A stretch of 64,000 nt of DNA from a bacterium (GTDB lineage: Bacteria; UBA8248): positions 4,064,001 to 4,128,000 of the forward strand of contig OZ242260.1 of NCBI GenBank assembly GCA_965207065.1, written 5' to 3'. Of the stretch, positions 48,581 to 57,652 are shown piece by piece (the first letter of the stretch is position 1; each line of letters starts with the position of its first letter). A program made the position numbers and the translations under genes. Below the pieces are notes generated by a model. That model was not told the DNA's origin. It worked only from the letters and a program-made list of their open reading frames with translations, and made no database searches.

Positions 48581-48976
48581 ATGAAGCGCGAAACGGTGAC
48601 ACCGGAGTCGCTGGCCGCACCCGCCGGGCATTTCTCGCACGGGGTCATCACCGATGGCGGACGCACGCTCTACGTGGCGGGCCAGACGCCCCTCAATGAG
48701 GACGGCAACCTCGTCTGCCCGGGCAACCCGGAGGGGCAGGCGCGCCAGTGCTACCGTAACATTCAGAAGGTGGTCGAAGCGGCCGGCGGACGCATGGCGG
48801 ATACGGCGAAAATTCAGGTCTTCGTGACGAGTCTCGACTACAGGGCCGCCGTCGGCAAGGTTCGGGCCGAGTTCTTTCCCGACAACCCGCCCGTGAGCAC
48901 GTTTCTGGTGATATCGAGCCTGGCCGAGCCCGATTTTCTGGTCGAAGTCGAGGCGATCGTCCCCCTGCCCGATTAA
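48581..48976 (+). CDS. RidA/YjgF family protein
   Basis: FSHGV, LYVAGQ, R.EFF...PP.ST, LVEVEA. Confidence 0.9.
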   Translation: MKRETVTPESLAAPAGHFSHGVITDGGRTLYVAGQTPLNEDGNLVCPGNPEGQARQCYRNIQKVVEAAGGRMADTAKIQVFVTSLDYRAAVGKVRAEFFPDNPPVSTFLVISSLAEPDFLVEVEAIVPLPD

Positions 48977-48988
48977 GAGAGCGAAGCG

Positions 48989-49381
48989 GTGAGCGGAAAA
49001 ACCACCCTGCGCTGGGCGCTCGCGCTGGCATATATGGCGGGGATTCACCTCTGGACAGCGACGGGCGTGCGCAATCCCTCATCCACCCTGCCGTTCGGGG
49101 TGGACAAAATCGTGCACCTCTGCGAGTTTGGGCTTCTCGCCTGGCTGCTCTGGCGGCCATGGCGGGAGACTTGTCCCCGGTGGGCCGAGGGGAAGACCGC
49201 CGTCTTCGTCGTGCTCCTCACGGCGCTGAACGGCCTGGGCGATGAGTTGCACCAGGTTTTTCTCCCCCACCGGAACGCGACGTGGGGAGACCTGGCGGCG
49301 GACATAGCGGGGGGCGGGGCCGCCGTCATGTGGTGTCTGCACCGAGAAAAGGCCAGGCCCCGCGCGACGACGCAGGGATAG
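48989..49381 (+). CDS. VanZ family membrane protein
   Basis: DKIVH..EFG.L, DELHQ.F.P.R, D..AD..G. Confidence 0.85.
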   Translation: MSGKTTLRWALALAYMAGIHLWTATGVRNPSSTLPFGVDKIVHLCEFGLLAWLLWRPWRETCPRWAEGKTAVFVVLLTALNGLGDELHQVFLPHRNATWGDLAADIAGGGAAVMWCLHREKARPRATTQG

Positions 49382-49392
49382 GAGAATTCACG

Positions 49393-49842
49393 TTGTCCAG
49401 CATCCGGGACGCACTCACCGAAGACATGAAGGCCGCCATGCGCGCCAAAGAAAAGCTCAGGCTCTCCACCATCCGCATGGTGCGCGCCGAGATTTTGAAC
49501 AAGGACAAGGAAGACGGTGAAGAAACTTCACAAAAAGATATTCTCAAACTACTCCAAAGTATGGTAAAGAAACGAGAGGAAGCCGCAGAGCAGTACGCAG
49601 CCGCCGACCGCGAGGATATGGCCCGGCAGGAACGCGATGAGATTCAGATCATCCAGGGTTATCTCCCCGCACAGATGGCTGATGCGGAAATCGAAGCCGC
49701 CGCCCAGGCGGCCATCGAGGAAACAGGGGCCTCTTCGATGAAAGACATGGGCAAGGTAATGGGAATTCTCACACGTGAACTGGCCGGGCGCGCCGCAGGC
49801 GCCCGGATTTCCCAGGCGGTCCGGAAACTCCTGGGCACTTAG
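49393..49842 (+). CDS. GatB/YqeY domain protein
   Basis: DMKAAMRAKE..RL..IR, K.REE....Y, YLP.Q, MKDMGKVMG; TTG start after AGGAGA. Confidence 0.9.
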   Translation: MSSIRDALTEDMKAAMRAKEKLRLSTIRMVRAEILNKDKEDGEETSQKDILKLLQSMVKKREEAAEQYAAADREDMARQERDEIQIIQGYLPAQMADAEIEAAAQAAIEETGASSMKDMGKVMGILTRELAGRAAGARISQAVRKLLGT

Positions 49843-49860
49843 GTAAGAAGGAGGTCTCCA

Positions 49861-50256
49861 ATGAAGAAGCCGGCCTATCGCTTAGAAGACGTCGCCACAG
49901 CGTACCAATGCGAATCCGAGCAGGAGGAGATCATCGCCGCTCTGGCCGAGCGTGACTACCGCGTATTCGAGGTCGAGCAGCCCGTCGGAGCCTTCGTGCC
50001 CTACCACACGCACGATGAAGAAGAAGCCGTGATCGTCATCGAGGGCCAGATGCAGTTCAACGTGGAGGAAGAACTCGTCCTCGTCCAGCCAGGCGATGTA
50101 ATCACCATCCGCGAGGAGGCGATCCACAGCGCCGCCCAAGTGGGAGAGGAGAAGGCGAAGCTCCTGCTCGCCTTCCCGAACGACGGGAGCGATCCGCCGG
50201 TCATCGACCTCGACTGGGAGGGCGACGAGGAGGACGACAACCTCGGCTACGCCTGA
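49861..50256 (+). CDS. Cupin domain protein
   Basis: YHTHDEEE...IEG, PGD.I.I....IHSA. Confidence 0.85.
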   Translation: MKKPAYRLEDVATAYQCESEQEEIIAALAERDYRVFEVEQPVGAFVPYHTHDEEEAVIVIEGQMQFNVEEELVLVQPGDVITIREEAIHSAAQVGEEKAKLLLAFPNDGSDPPVIDLDWEGDEEDDNLGYA

Positions 50257-50701
50257 TTCGAACTACTTCGCCTACGGGGCGAACCTGCACATCGCGCAAA
50301 TGAAGTCCCTGTGTCCGAAGAGCGCGCCCGTATGCACCGCGCGTCTCGCGGACTACCGCCTCACCATCGCCCTGCCCGCGTCATCGCCCGGAAACCAGCC
50401 CGGCTGGGCGACCGTAACGCCCCAAGAAGGCGCCGAGACGCAAGGTGCGCTGTTCCGTCTTCACGCGGACGATCTTCCCGCGCTGGATCATTTCGAGGAC
50501 TACCCCGCGCTCTACGACCGCATTGAGGTGGAGATCGTTACAGACGAAGGCCCGCTCCGGGCTATGCTCTACATCATGCGGCACCCTATCAGGGCGGCGC
50601 GCCCGGCGGCGCACTACGTCGAGACGCTCCGGCAGGGATACCGGGATTTCGACCTGCCGATGGAGGTGCTGGAGGGTGTTCTGGGGGAGGCCTTTTCCTG
50701 A
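50249..50701 (+). CDS. Gamma-glutamylcyclotransferase (GGCT/AIG2-like), start codon non-canonical or lost
   Basis: YFAYGANL motif (50264-50287) lies upstream of the first ATG (50300); LD.FE.YP..Y.R, P...Y...L..GY. Confidence 0.8.
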   Translation, partial: TPDSNYFAYGANLHIAQMKSLCPKSAPVCTARLADYRLTIALPASSPGNQPGWATVTPQEGAETQGALFRLHADDLPALDHFEDYPALYDRIEVEIVTDEGPLRAMLYIMRHPIRAARPAAHYVETLRQGYRDFDLPMEVLEGVLGEAFS

Positions 50702-50702
50702 T

Positions 50703-51063
50703 GGGGATGTTGAAAGAGCCCTTTTCTGTTGAGAGTGACCCCTCGATGGTATTGAAGTTCACTCCCCCCTTGAGGGTCGGTCTTTCCTTCTCGGGAAGAC
50801 CGACGGTGAGGTAAGGGGGGTTTTACCCCCGAAACCGAACCGGTGGGGGGTATAACTCGGAATGGCGATAAAACGCATTTTACCCCCCACCGAATCGGCC
50901 TTCGCATAAAACGCTCGACCTCTTCGTCGGCTTTCCCCTCGGGAAGCCGACCCTCAAGGGGGGAGTGATTGTTTGGCGCTCTGCAACGGGGAAGTGATGC
51001 CTCCCCTCTCCCCGGTCGGTTACATTAGCCGAATAACAAAATCGGGACTTATTCAACAACTCC
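50703..51063. mobile_element. MITE-like composite repeat
   Basis: GGGGATGTTGAAAG ... TTATTCAACAACTCC ends; inverted pair CACTCCCCCCTTGAGGG (50760) and CCCTCAAGGGGGGAGTG (~50951); core is an inverted relative of ~56905-57075. Confidence 0.75.
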
Positions 51064-51090
51064 TTGAGATGCTCATCTGTAGGCCCAACG

Positions 51091-51552
51091 TCAGTCGGCG
51101 GTCCTCTCCAACAGCCGTTGCAAGGCGAGCATCGCCGTCTCGCTCTGCTTCATCGTCAGTTCGCTTTGCTTGAGAAGCGCGTCCGTTCGCTTCGAGGTGT
51201 CTTCCTGCAACTTGATCAGCGCGTCCGTTCGCTTCATGGACTCTTCGTGCTGCCTGGCGAAGGCGTCCGCCATGATATCAGTCCGTCTCATGGACTCTTC
51301 CTGCAGCCTTGTCAGCGCATCCGTTCGCTTCATGGACTCTTCGTGCTGTTTGCTGAAGCCGTCCGCCATGACGTCGATCTGCTTCATCATGGCGTCGATC
51401 TGCCTGTCCGTCTGGATGGCGCGCCTCTCGGAGGCGTCGCTCATTCGCTTGATGCCGTAAAAGAACAGACCCGATTGCAGCATGCCCACGAACAGGGCCA
51501 CGCCGGCCTGAACCCATCCCACGAGCAATGTCGCCTGCTGAAACTCGGTCAT
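51091..51552 (-). CDS. Membrane-anchored coiled-coil protein with internal tandem repeats
   Basis: MTEFQQA, hydrophobic segment, repeated QHEESMKRTDAL units, ends LQRLLERT. Confidence 0.75.
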   Translation of the reverse strand: MTEFQQATLLVGWVQAGVALFVGMLQSGLFFYGIKRMSDASERRAIQTDRQIDAMMKQIDVMADGFSKQHEESMKRTDALTRLQEESMRRTDIMADAFARQHEESMKRTDALIKLQEDTSKRTDALLKQSELTMKQSETAMLALQRLLERTAD

Positions 51553-51699
51553 TTCCTTCTCCCACGCCTGAGAATAAATCAATACGCGAGACGCCATCAA
51601 CTCGTCTCACCTCGGGTGGGTCCTCAGTTGTCGGTTCAATTGTAAAGGAGTATAGCAAAAACGAAATAAATACGTAAGCGCCGGGGTTAGGCCGTTTCC

Positions 51700-52185
51700 C
51701 TAGAAGTCGCCCTTTTCCTGCAGGTAGGGAATGAGGCCGCCCGCCTCGATCATCGACCACAGGCCGTCGGGGAATGGCGCGAAGGTAATCGTCTCATCGC
51801 CGGCGCGGGCCTCGCCCGCCATGGGGTCGACTTCTATCTCATCGCCCGCCTGGATGGCGTCGGTGTCGCACGCGATGACGGGAAGGCCTGAGTTGATGGC
51901 GTTCCGGTAGAACATGTGCCCGAAACTCCTGGCGAGCACGCAGCTTACGCCGAGTTCGCGGAGCACGACGGCGGCATCCTGACGGCTGCTGACGAGGCCG
52001 AAGTTCTCCCCCGCCACCAGCACGTCGCCGGACTGCACCTTCTCCGAGAATTCAGGGTCGATTTCCTTGAAGGCGTCGCGCTTTAGTTCCTCCAGCGTAG
52101 TGCCCGGCGAGCGGTATTTTACGGACAGATGCACGTCGGTGCTGATGTCGTCCCCGAAGCGGTGGACGCGTCCCCTCATCGCCAA
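51700..52185 (-). CDS. LeuD/HacB-type isomerase small subunit
   Basis: FGDDISTD, VAGENFG..SSR, ARSF..MFYRNAINSGLP, AGGLI. Confidence 0.88.
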   Translation of the reverse strand: MAMRGRVHRFGDDISTDVHLSVKYRSPGTTLEELKRDAFKEIDPEFSEKVQSGDVLVAGENFGLVSSRQDAAVVLRELGVSCVLARSFGHMFYRNAINSGLPVIACDTDAIQAGDEIEVDPMAGEARAGDETITFAPFPDGLWSMIEAGGLIPYLQEKGDF

Positions 52186-52224
52186 AATTTCATTCTCCTC
52201 GTTATGTGTCCATACTCGTTTCGC

Positions 52225-53481
52225 CTAAAGAAATTCCCTGGGGTCGGTGATGCGGCCGGTCACCGCGCTCGCCGCCACCGTGGCCGGGGAGCCCAGATAT
52301 ATCTCGGCCTCCTTGCTGCCGAGCCTGCCGGGGAAATTGCGGTTCGCGGAAGATATGGCGCGCTCCCCGTCGGCCAGACAGCCGTTCCCCGTCATCGAGG
52401 CGCACGGCCCGCAGGCGGCGGTGAGCACGGCGGCCCCCGCTTCGGCCAATGCCCCGATGGCCCCGCTCGCTGCGGCGGCCTCGTAAATCTTCTTGCTCGT
52501 GGGCGCGACGTAGAAGCGAACGCCGGGCGCTATCTTCCTGCCGCGCACGATGCTAGCCGCGATTTCGATGTCCTCGAGCCGCCCGTTCGTGCACGTGCCC
52601 ACGAACGCCTGCTGGACGGGGAGGCCCGCGTAGTCCTCTACCGGGTGCGCGTTCCCCGTGGCGGGCGGAGCGGCCACGACGGGCGTGAGTCCGGAAATAT
52701 CGAGATGGATTCGCCGGGCGTATACGGCGTCCTCATCCGGGGCCACCGCCCCATCCACAGGCGCGCCGTGCGCACGCGCCCAGTCGAGCGCCTTCTCGTC
52801 CACCTCCATGACGCCCGTCTTCGCCCCCATGTCGACCGACATGTTCGCAACCGTGAAGCGCGCGTCCATCGAGAGGTCCGCGAGCGCCGCGCCGCCGTAT
52901 TCCACCGCCATGTAGTTCGCGCCGTTCTCGCCCATCTCGCGCGCGAGCGTCAGTTCCATGTCTTTCGAGAACACGCCATGCGCGAGCGCGCCGGTGAACT
53001 CCACGCGAACGCTCTCGGGCGTCTTGAACCACAGCTTCCCGGTGGCGTAGGCGGAGGCGATCTCCACGCTCTCCACGGCCACGCCCATCGCGCCCAGCGC
53101 CCCGTAGGTGCAGACGTGGCTGTCGCCGCCCACGGTGAGCGCGCCGGGACCCACGCGGCCCTCTTCGGTCACCACGGTGTGGCAGACGCCCGCGCCCGGT
53201 TCGAACACCTCGACGCCGTGCTCTTCGCCGAAAATTCTCAGCTTCCTGTGGTGGTTCGCCCAGAGCACGTCCTGCGCGGGCACGAAATGATCGATGATGA
53301 AATCGGTCTTCTTCGGGTCCATCCGGAACGCGAAGCCCGCCTCGCGGAAGATGTCGACCGCCTTCGGCCCCTTGGCGTCACCCGCCATGACGTAGTCGAG
53401 TTCGGCGATTACCAGGTCGCCCGCCCTGGCCTCGCTTCCTGAGTGCTCGGAGAGGATCTTCTCCGCCATCGTCTGCCCCAC
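52225..53481 (-). CDS. LeuC/HacA-type [4Fe-4S] isomerase large subunit
   Basis: MGQTMAEKIL, DH..P, GVCH, GDSH.CTYGA, GTCTNGR.ED, CGPC, NRNFPGR; GTG start after AAGGAG. Confidence 0.9.
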   Translation of the reverse strand: MGQTMAEKILSEHSGSEARAGDLVIAELDYVMAGDAKGPKAVDIFREAGFAFRMDPKKTDFIIDHFVPAQDVLWANHHRKLRIFGEEHGVEVFEPGAGVCHTVVTEEGRVGPGALTVGGDSHVCTYGALGAMGVAVESVEIASAYATGKLWFKTPESVRVEFTGALAHGVFSKDMELTLAREMGENGANYMAVEYGGAALADLSMDARFTVANMSVDMGAKTGVMEVDEKALDWARAHGAPVDGAVAPDEDAVYARRIHLDISGLTPVVAAPPATGNAHPVEDYAGLPVQQAFVGTCTNGRLEDIEIAASIVRGRKIAPGVRFYVAPTSKKIYEAAAASGAIGALAEAGAAVLTAACGPCASMTGNGCLADGERAISSANRNFPGRLGSKEAEIYLGSPATVAASAVTGRITDPREFL

Positions 53482-53517
53482 GGTGTTCTCCTTGCTGAAT
53501 TCCGTAACGCGAATCAC

Positions 53518-53712
53518 TTAAAAAGCTTTGGGAAGACCCGCCTGCTTGAGCACCGCGTTGGCCGTATGGCGGGACTTGATTTCATTATCCACCGGAAAAC
53601 GCTTCGAAGTTACGGGGCTGTACCAGATTTCATGATCGCCCCTGCCCTGCCGCTCGTAGCGGCAACCTTCCTCGCGCAGAAGTTTTTTCAATTCCCTGGT
53701 GTAATTTCCCAC
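53518..53712 (-). CDS. hicA: HicA family toxin
   Basis: L...GC..ERQGRGDHEIW.SP, HTANAVLKQAGL. Confidence 0.9.
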   Translation of the reverse strand: MGNYTRELKKLLREEGCRYERQGRGDHEIWYSPVTSKRFPVDNEIKSRHTANAVLKQAGLPKAF

Positions 53713-53715
53713 GGA

Positions 53716-53958
53716 TCAGGCGAATTGGACTTCCCGTTCGAACGCGCCAAAATGCGTTTTCGCCTGTCGCGGCGAGACGCCCTCCAAAAGGTGGTCATTC
53801 AATTCCAGGAGTTCCGGAATGAGCGTTTTCAGTTTCTCCTCGAGTTCCTCGGGCGTGGGCGCTTCGGCGACGAGTCCGGGTACGTCTTCGCTCTCGGCCA
53901 CCCAGACCCGAGCCTCCGAATCCCATTCAGCGAAAACTTGAATGATGTCCCGCGCCAT
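53716..53958 (-). CDS. HicB-like antitoxin (DUF1902-like)
   Basis: WD.EARVWVA.SEDVPGLV.EA.T.EEL......IPELLELN. Confidence 0.85.
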   Translation of the reverse strand: MARDIIQVFAEWDSEARVWVAESEDVPGLVAEAPTPEELEEKLKTLIPELLELNDHLLEGVSPRQAKTHFGAFEREVQFA

Positions 53959-54167
53959 TGTCCGTCTCCATCTGCGCCTCCGCCAAACGGCGGGAGGTAT
54001 TCTCATGTTATCCCTTCAGAATCTCGTGTCAATTCCCTGGGAGCCTCTCTCGATATTCTGTCTGTGAGGCGTCCGGCTCACGCCCCGGAATCACTTTGAC
54101 TTATCCTCCGCTATTGGAGAAACTGGCCGGACTGGCTGCTCCACGAGGACAGACAGGAGAGAACCGA

Positions 54168-54521
54168 ATGACGGAATACGAAGCCGCAAGCCTCGCCTTG
54201 CAAAAATCTGCTCTTGCGCTCCAACAAGCTTCCCTCGCTGCGCAGCAAGCCTCCGTGTGGGTCGCCGCCTTCGTCGGGGCCGCGCAATGCAGCCTCATCG
54301 GGATTGGCCTCTACATCATGCGGCAGGCCTCGAAGCAGCGCGACGCCCAGCACCAAGAGAACATGGCGCAGCACCGTGAGACCATGGCGTCGCTGCAGGC
54401 TCAGCGAGAGGCGCAAAGCGAACAGCATCAGGAAACCATGAAGGCGTTGGAAGGCCAACACAAGGCGCTGGAAAACCAGAGCGAAGCGCTCCGGGAACTC
54501 ATCCGGCGTACGTCGGCGTAG
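54168..54521 (+). CDS. Membrane-anchored coiled-coil protein (relative of 51091-51552)
   Basis: MTEYEAA, hydrophobic segment with VG..Q..L, repeated QH.E.M, ends LRELIRRT; SD AGGAGA. Confidence 0.75.
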   Translation: MTEYEAASLALQKSALALQQASLAAQQASVWVAAFVGAAQCSLIGIGLYIMRQASKQRDAQHQENMAQHRETMASLQAQREAQSEQHQETMKALEGQHKALENQSEALRELIRRTSA

Positions 54522-54550
54522 TCTGTGCAAGGGGATGGTTAAGGGGGGCG

Positions 54551-54685
54551 TCACCGCCTCCGCCGTCTCGGTTTTTTCTTCACCCTCACCTCAAGCGGCG
54601 CGCGCATTTTCTCGTACAGTGTGAATAGGTGCTCCACGCGTTTGCGTTTGGTGGCGAAGCCGGTGCGGCGGTATAAACGGATCAT
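54551..54685 (-). pseudogene. C-terminal remnant of an MmeI/YeeA-like type IIL restriction-modification protein
   Basis: Manual translation (M)IRLYRRTGFATKRKRVEHLFTLYEKMRAPL... resembles the VDRLY...F....RVE.LF.LY tail of that family. Confidence 0.6.
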
Positions 54686-54754
54686 ATATCGATAAGCAAC
54701 CTTCGCCGCGCGGATGCGCATCTTGTTCCAAGAATGACATACGACCTTCGAAAA

Positions 54755-55693
54755 TTACTGATCGAAATATTCCTCGTCGATCTGTTTGATCTTGTAATAA
54801 TCCTGTTGACGATCCTGATCCCGTGCGCGTACGCCGATATCGTAACGGACCATGAGGCGAGCTAGTTCTTCCCCATCAATCAAGACAATGCGCTTCGGGC
54901 TGCGCGCCACATAGTCCCTTGCGGAATTCGTGAAACTTGATGTGGTGACAAACACGCCCTTAGTAGTGCCTGCCGCGTCTATCGACCCGGCAAAGTTGCG
55001 CAGGTCACCCTCACCGACAGTATTACCGTCGGCATACTTCTTCGCCTGAACATAGACCTCGTCGAGACCGAGCGCATCTTCCTTGATCGTGCCATCTATC
55101 CCGCCATCTCCCGAACGTCCGGTCACTATTCCCTTCGCAGCGTCTCCACCGCCATAGCCCATGGCAATTAACAAATCGACAACCACCCGTTCAAGAAAAG
55201 AAGGCTGAGTATTACGGACTCGATCCAATACGTCGGCTTCCAGTTCGTTGCGCAGGTGCCTGGCTGCCTTCTCCAAAGCTTCTTCGGGTGTGTCGGTCGA
55301 ATCATCCGGCATAGAGTATTTGGTATCGTCATTCGAAGATGGCGTATTCCTTCCGGTTTGCCATGCGACATAAGTTGGATATTGGCGAAGATAGTTCATG
55401 TCGATACGGGCTGGTGCATCCACCAACAGTTTTTTGCCTTCTGAGGTCAGCCGCCAAACGCCGCGACTAACCCGTTCCGTCAAACCAGCGTGTCCAAGAT
55501 AAATGACCGCCCAACTTACCCGGTTCGTGAAAATCGGCTGGCGACCACTGGGAAGCATCTCCCGAACATCTTCTGGCGTCAGCCCTCCGGCGGCGGCGAT
55601 ACGTTCGCGTATTGCGGACATGGGCGTTTCCGCTCCGCTGGCAAGCGCTTTAATCGCCGGAAGCATGAGTGACTGAAAATCAGGGATGGACAT
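54755..55693 (-). CDS. mrr: Mrr-type (type IV) restriction endonuclease
   Basis: MSIPDFQSLMLP, NRVSWA..YL, TPEE, E.LVVDLL.AMGYGG, DGGIDG.I.ED.LGLD.VYVQAKK, KGVFVTTS, LIDG.EL. Confidence 0.93.
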   Translation of the reverse strand: MSIPDFQSLMLPAIKALASGAETPMSAIRERIAAAGGLTPEDVREMLPSGRQPIFTNRVSWAVIYLGHAGLTERVSRGVWRLTSEGKKLLVDAPARIDMNYLRQYPTYVAWQTGRNTPSSNDDTKYSMPDDSTDTPEEALEKAARHLRNELEADVLDRVRNTQPSFLERVVVDLLIAMGYGGGDAAKGIVTGRSGDGGIDGTIKEDALGLDEVYVQAKKYADGNTVGEGDLRNFAGSIDAAGTTKGVFVTTSSFTNSARDYVARSPKRIVLIDGEELARLMVRYDIGVRARDQDRQQDYYKIKQIDEEYFDQ

Positions 55694-55969
55694 CGGTCTT
55701 CTCTCCTCTAAGCTAACGTTTACCGAGGCTTTACTCACTCTATGCTCCAGTGGCTCGTTTTGGTCTCAATATAGCAAAGCTCCCAGGACTATTGCGGGTT
55801 CAGCCAGAACTCCGGTGTCGTTCCAGGAAAGGCGCACGTATGGCCTCAGGCGATGCCGCGCCGGGCGGCGCTATGGGATGTATGGCGATGCGGTGCTTTC
55901 TTCCGGGTCCTCATGGAACAGGAATATCGCATATTTCGGGGCGCGGTTCCTAGCGGGGTGGTGAACAGA

Positions 55970-56232
55970 GCGGGCGGCTCGCGAGCCGCCCCTACAAAAT
56001 CCGCAAACCTTCGCCCCTTCACTCGGCAAATACTCGCTCCTCGGGGTTGTTGAAAAGACCCCTTTTCATGGGGTAGAGGGGACGTCCCTCTCGATTGGTA
56101 AAAAGCAACCCCCCCCTACCCCCCCTTATTAGGGGGGTAAAAAAAAGCCCCCTGCCAAGGGGGGTACTGCCCACGTCGAGGGTGTTTTCAACGGGCCCAC
56201 CTCTCTCGCGTTTGACCCTCAAGGGGGGAGTG
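55970..56232. mobile_element. Composite repeat / MITE-like element
   Basis: GGGCGGCTCGCGAGCCGCCCCTAC; GGGGTTGTTGAAAAG (56043) ... TTTTCAACGGGCCC (56198) enclosing CCCCCCTACCCCCCTT..AGGGGGG; CCCTCAAGGGGGGAGTG. Confidence 0.75.
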
Positions 56233-56263
56233 AAATTCCTTTCTCCTCAGTCGGCTTTGTCCC

Positions 56264-56812
56264 TCACCCGGCGGGTCGGTGGCGCGCCAGGGCGCGGGAG
56301 AGGATGTCGCGCGCAGGCGCTGAGCCGTCGAGCGGGCGCAGCTTCCGGCTCTTGATCTTCCAGCCCTCCGGCGTGCGCACGAGCTCCCAGTGGTTGGCGA
56401 GGACGCGGTGGATGCGGTAGCCGGTGGAGACGCCGTGGTTGGGCAGTTCGCGCTCCTCACCCCCGGCGTCCGGGTGGATGAGCTGCAGGTAGGAGGTGAC
56501 GAAGGCCGTGTCGCCGCCAAGTTCGACGTGCGGCAGCCCGGCGAAGTGGGCGAGGCCGCCCTGGATCGCCTCTTGATGCGCGGGCCTCAAGGTGATGGCG
56601 GCGATGGCCTCGTTTCCGAGCGTGCAGTCGAGGCTCTCGCCGCGGTCGAAGACGCCGTCCTCGGTGAAGACGGCGCGGGTGTAAAAATCCGCGCCCGTGT
56701 CCGCGCTCGGCGGATGCGAAGCTATCAAGTTATAGATTTCGAGCCTGTCCTCGATATCGCGAAGCCGCGCCTCTAGCGACTTAGGCTCCGATGCGCGTTC
56801 AGTATCAGCCAT
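56264..56812 (-). CDS. SnoaL-like/NTF2 family protein
   Basis: RL..IEDRLEIYNLIA, FTEDG.FD, H......V.L.GD.A...SY, LVRT.EGWKI..R. Confidence 0.85.
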   Translation of the reverse strand: MADTERASEPKSLEARLRDIEDRLEIYNLIASHPPSADTGADFYTRAVFTEDGVFDRGESLDCTLGNEAIAAITLRPAHQEAIQGGLAHFAGLPHVELGGDTAFVTSYLQLIHPDAGGEERELPNHGVSTGYRIHRVLANHWELVRTPEGWKIKSRKLRPLDGSAPARDILSRALARHRPAG

Positions 56813-56904
56813 ATCGTTTCCTCCCCGGCGATTTGATGTGGGATGAGTATATCGCAAAATTGGGGGCGTGGTTTCTCCATGGCCGGATTTCATCCTGTGG
56901 GGAT

Positions 56905-57315
56905 TCACTCCCCCCTTGAGCGGTCGGGCATCCCGAGGGGAAAGCCAGACGATGAAGCCGAACGGTATTTGCGAAGGCTGAATCGGTGGGGGGTAAAATG
57001 CGTTTTATTGTCATTCCGAATTATACCCCCCACCAGTTCACTTTCGGGTTTACGCCCTCAGCTCACTGACTCCCCCTCTAGGGTCTGTTAAAAACCCCTC
57101 CTCTCTCGCAATTGACCAGCGCCGGAATGACGATCAAAAGCGAACAGCAAAACCACCCTCCCGCATTGGGCGGCACTCTTTGGCGCATCATTTCCCCCTA
57201 GAGGACTTTTTCATCGGGCATTCCCCTCGGGATGCCCGACCGCTCAAGGGGGGAGTGTACCTTGCGCTTTCATTGGAAGAGTCAATCCTCGTTCACCAGG
57301 AGTTTTTCAACAGCC
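56905..57315. mobile_element. Composite repeat cluster / MITE-like element
   Basis: CACTCCCCCCTTGAG units; GGGTCTGTTAAAAA (57081) ... TTTTTCAACAGCC (57315); 57081-57200 is a deleted relative of 18217-18460. Confidence 0.75.
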
Positions 57316-57590
57316 TCGAAGAGGAAGAGTTTGCGATAGCCCGGAAACGAGGAACATATCGGTTCGCAATTCCGCGCAGTTGCGCATATCGCGCGTGAAG
57401 CAATTTTCGCTACACTGGCGCGCAAGGTTCGCCGTCCGTGGCGGTTCGACAACTTGCGGGCGGGGGCGTTTCGGGAGAGCATCGAGAGCGGATCAGGGGG
57501 GTGGACGATGAGGCGAAGCGGTGGTGAATTCCAGACTTCGAACAGGGTTTCCCGAACGAGGTCCGCAGGCGCGGAGACGCCAACCGGAAT

Positions 57591-57652
57591 TTCCGTAAAT
57601 TTCGATAAATATAGATAAATTCACGGGATTTTTCGATAAATTGCCGTAAATT
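57591..57652. repeat. Degenerate 10-bp tandem array (TTCGATAAAT-like)
   Basis: TTCCGTAAAT TTCGATAAAT ATAGATAAAT ... TTCGATAAAT TGCCGTAAAT. Confidence 0.75.

Noticed and set aside
57591-57652. AT-rich array as a replication origin
   Set aside because: No DnaA boxes, dnaA/parAB or rep gene seen nearby; kept only as an unexplained array
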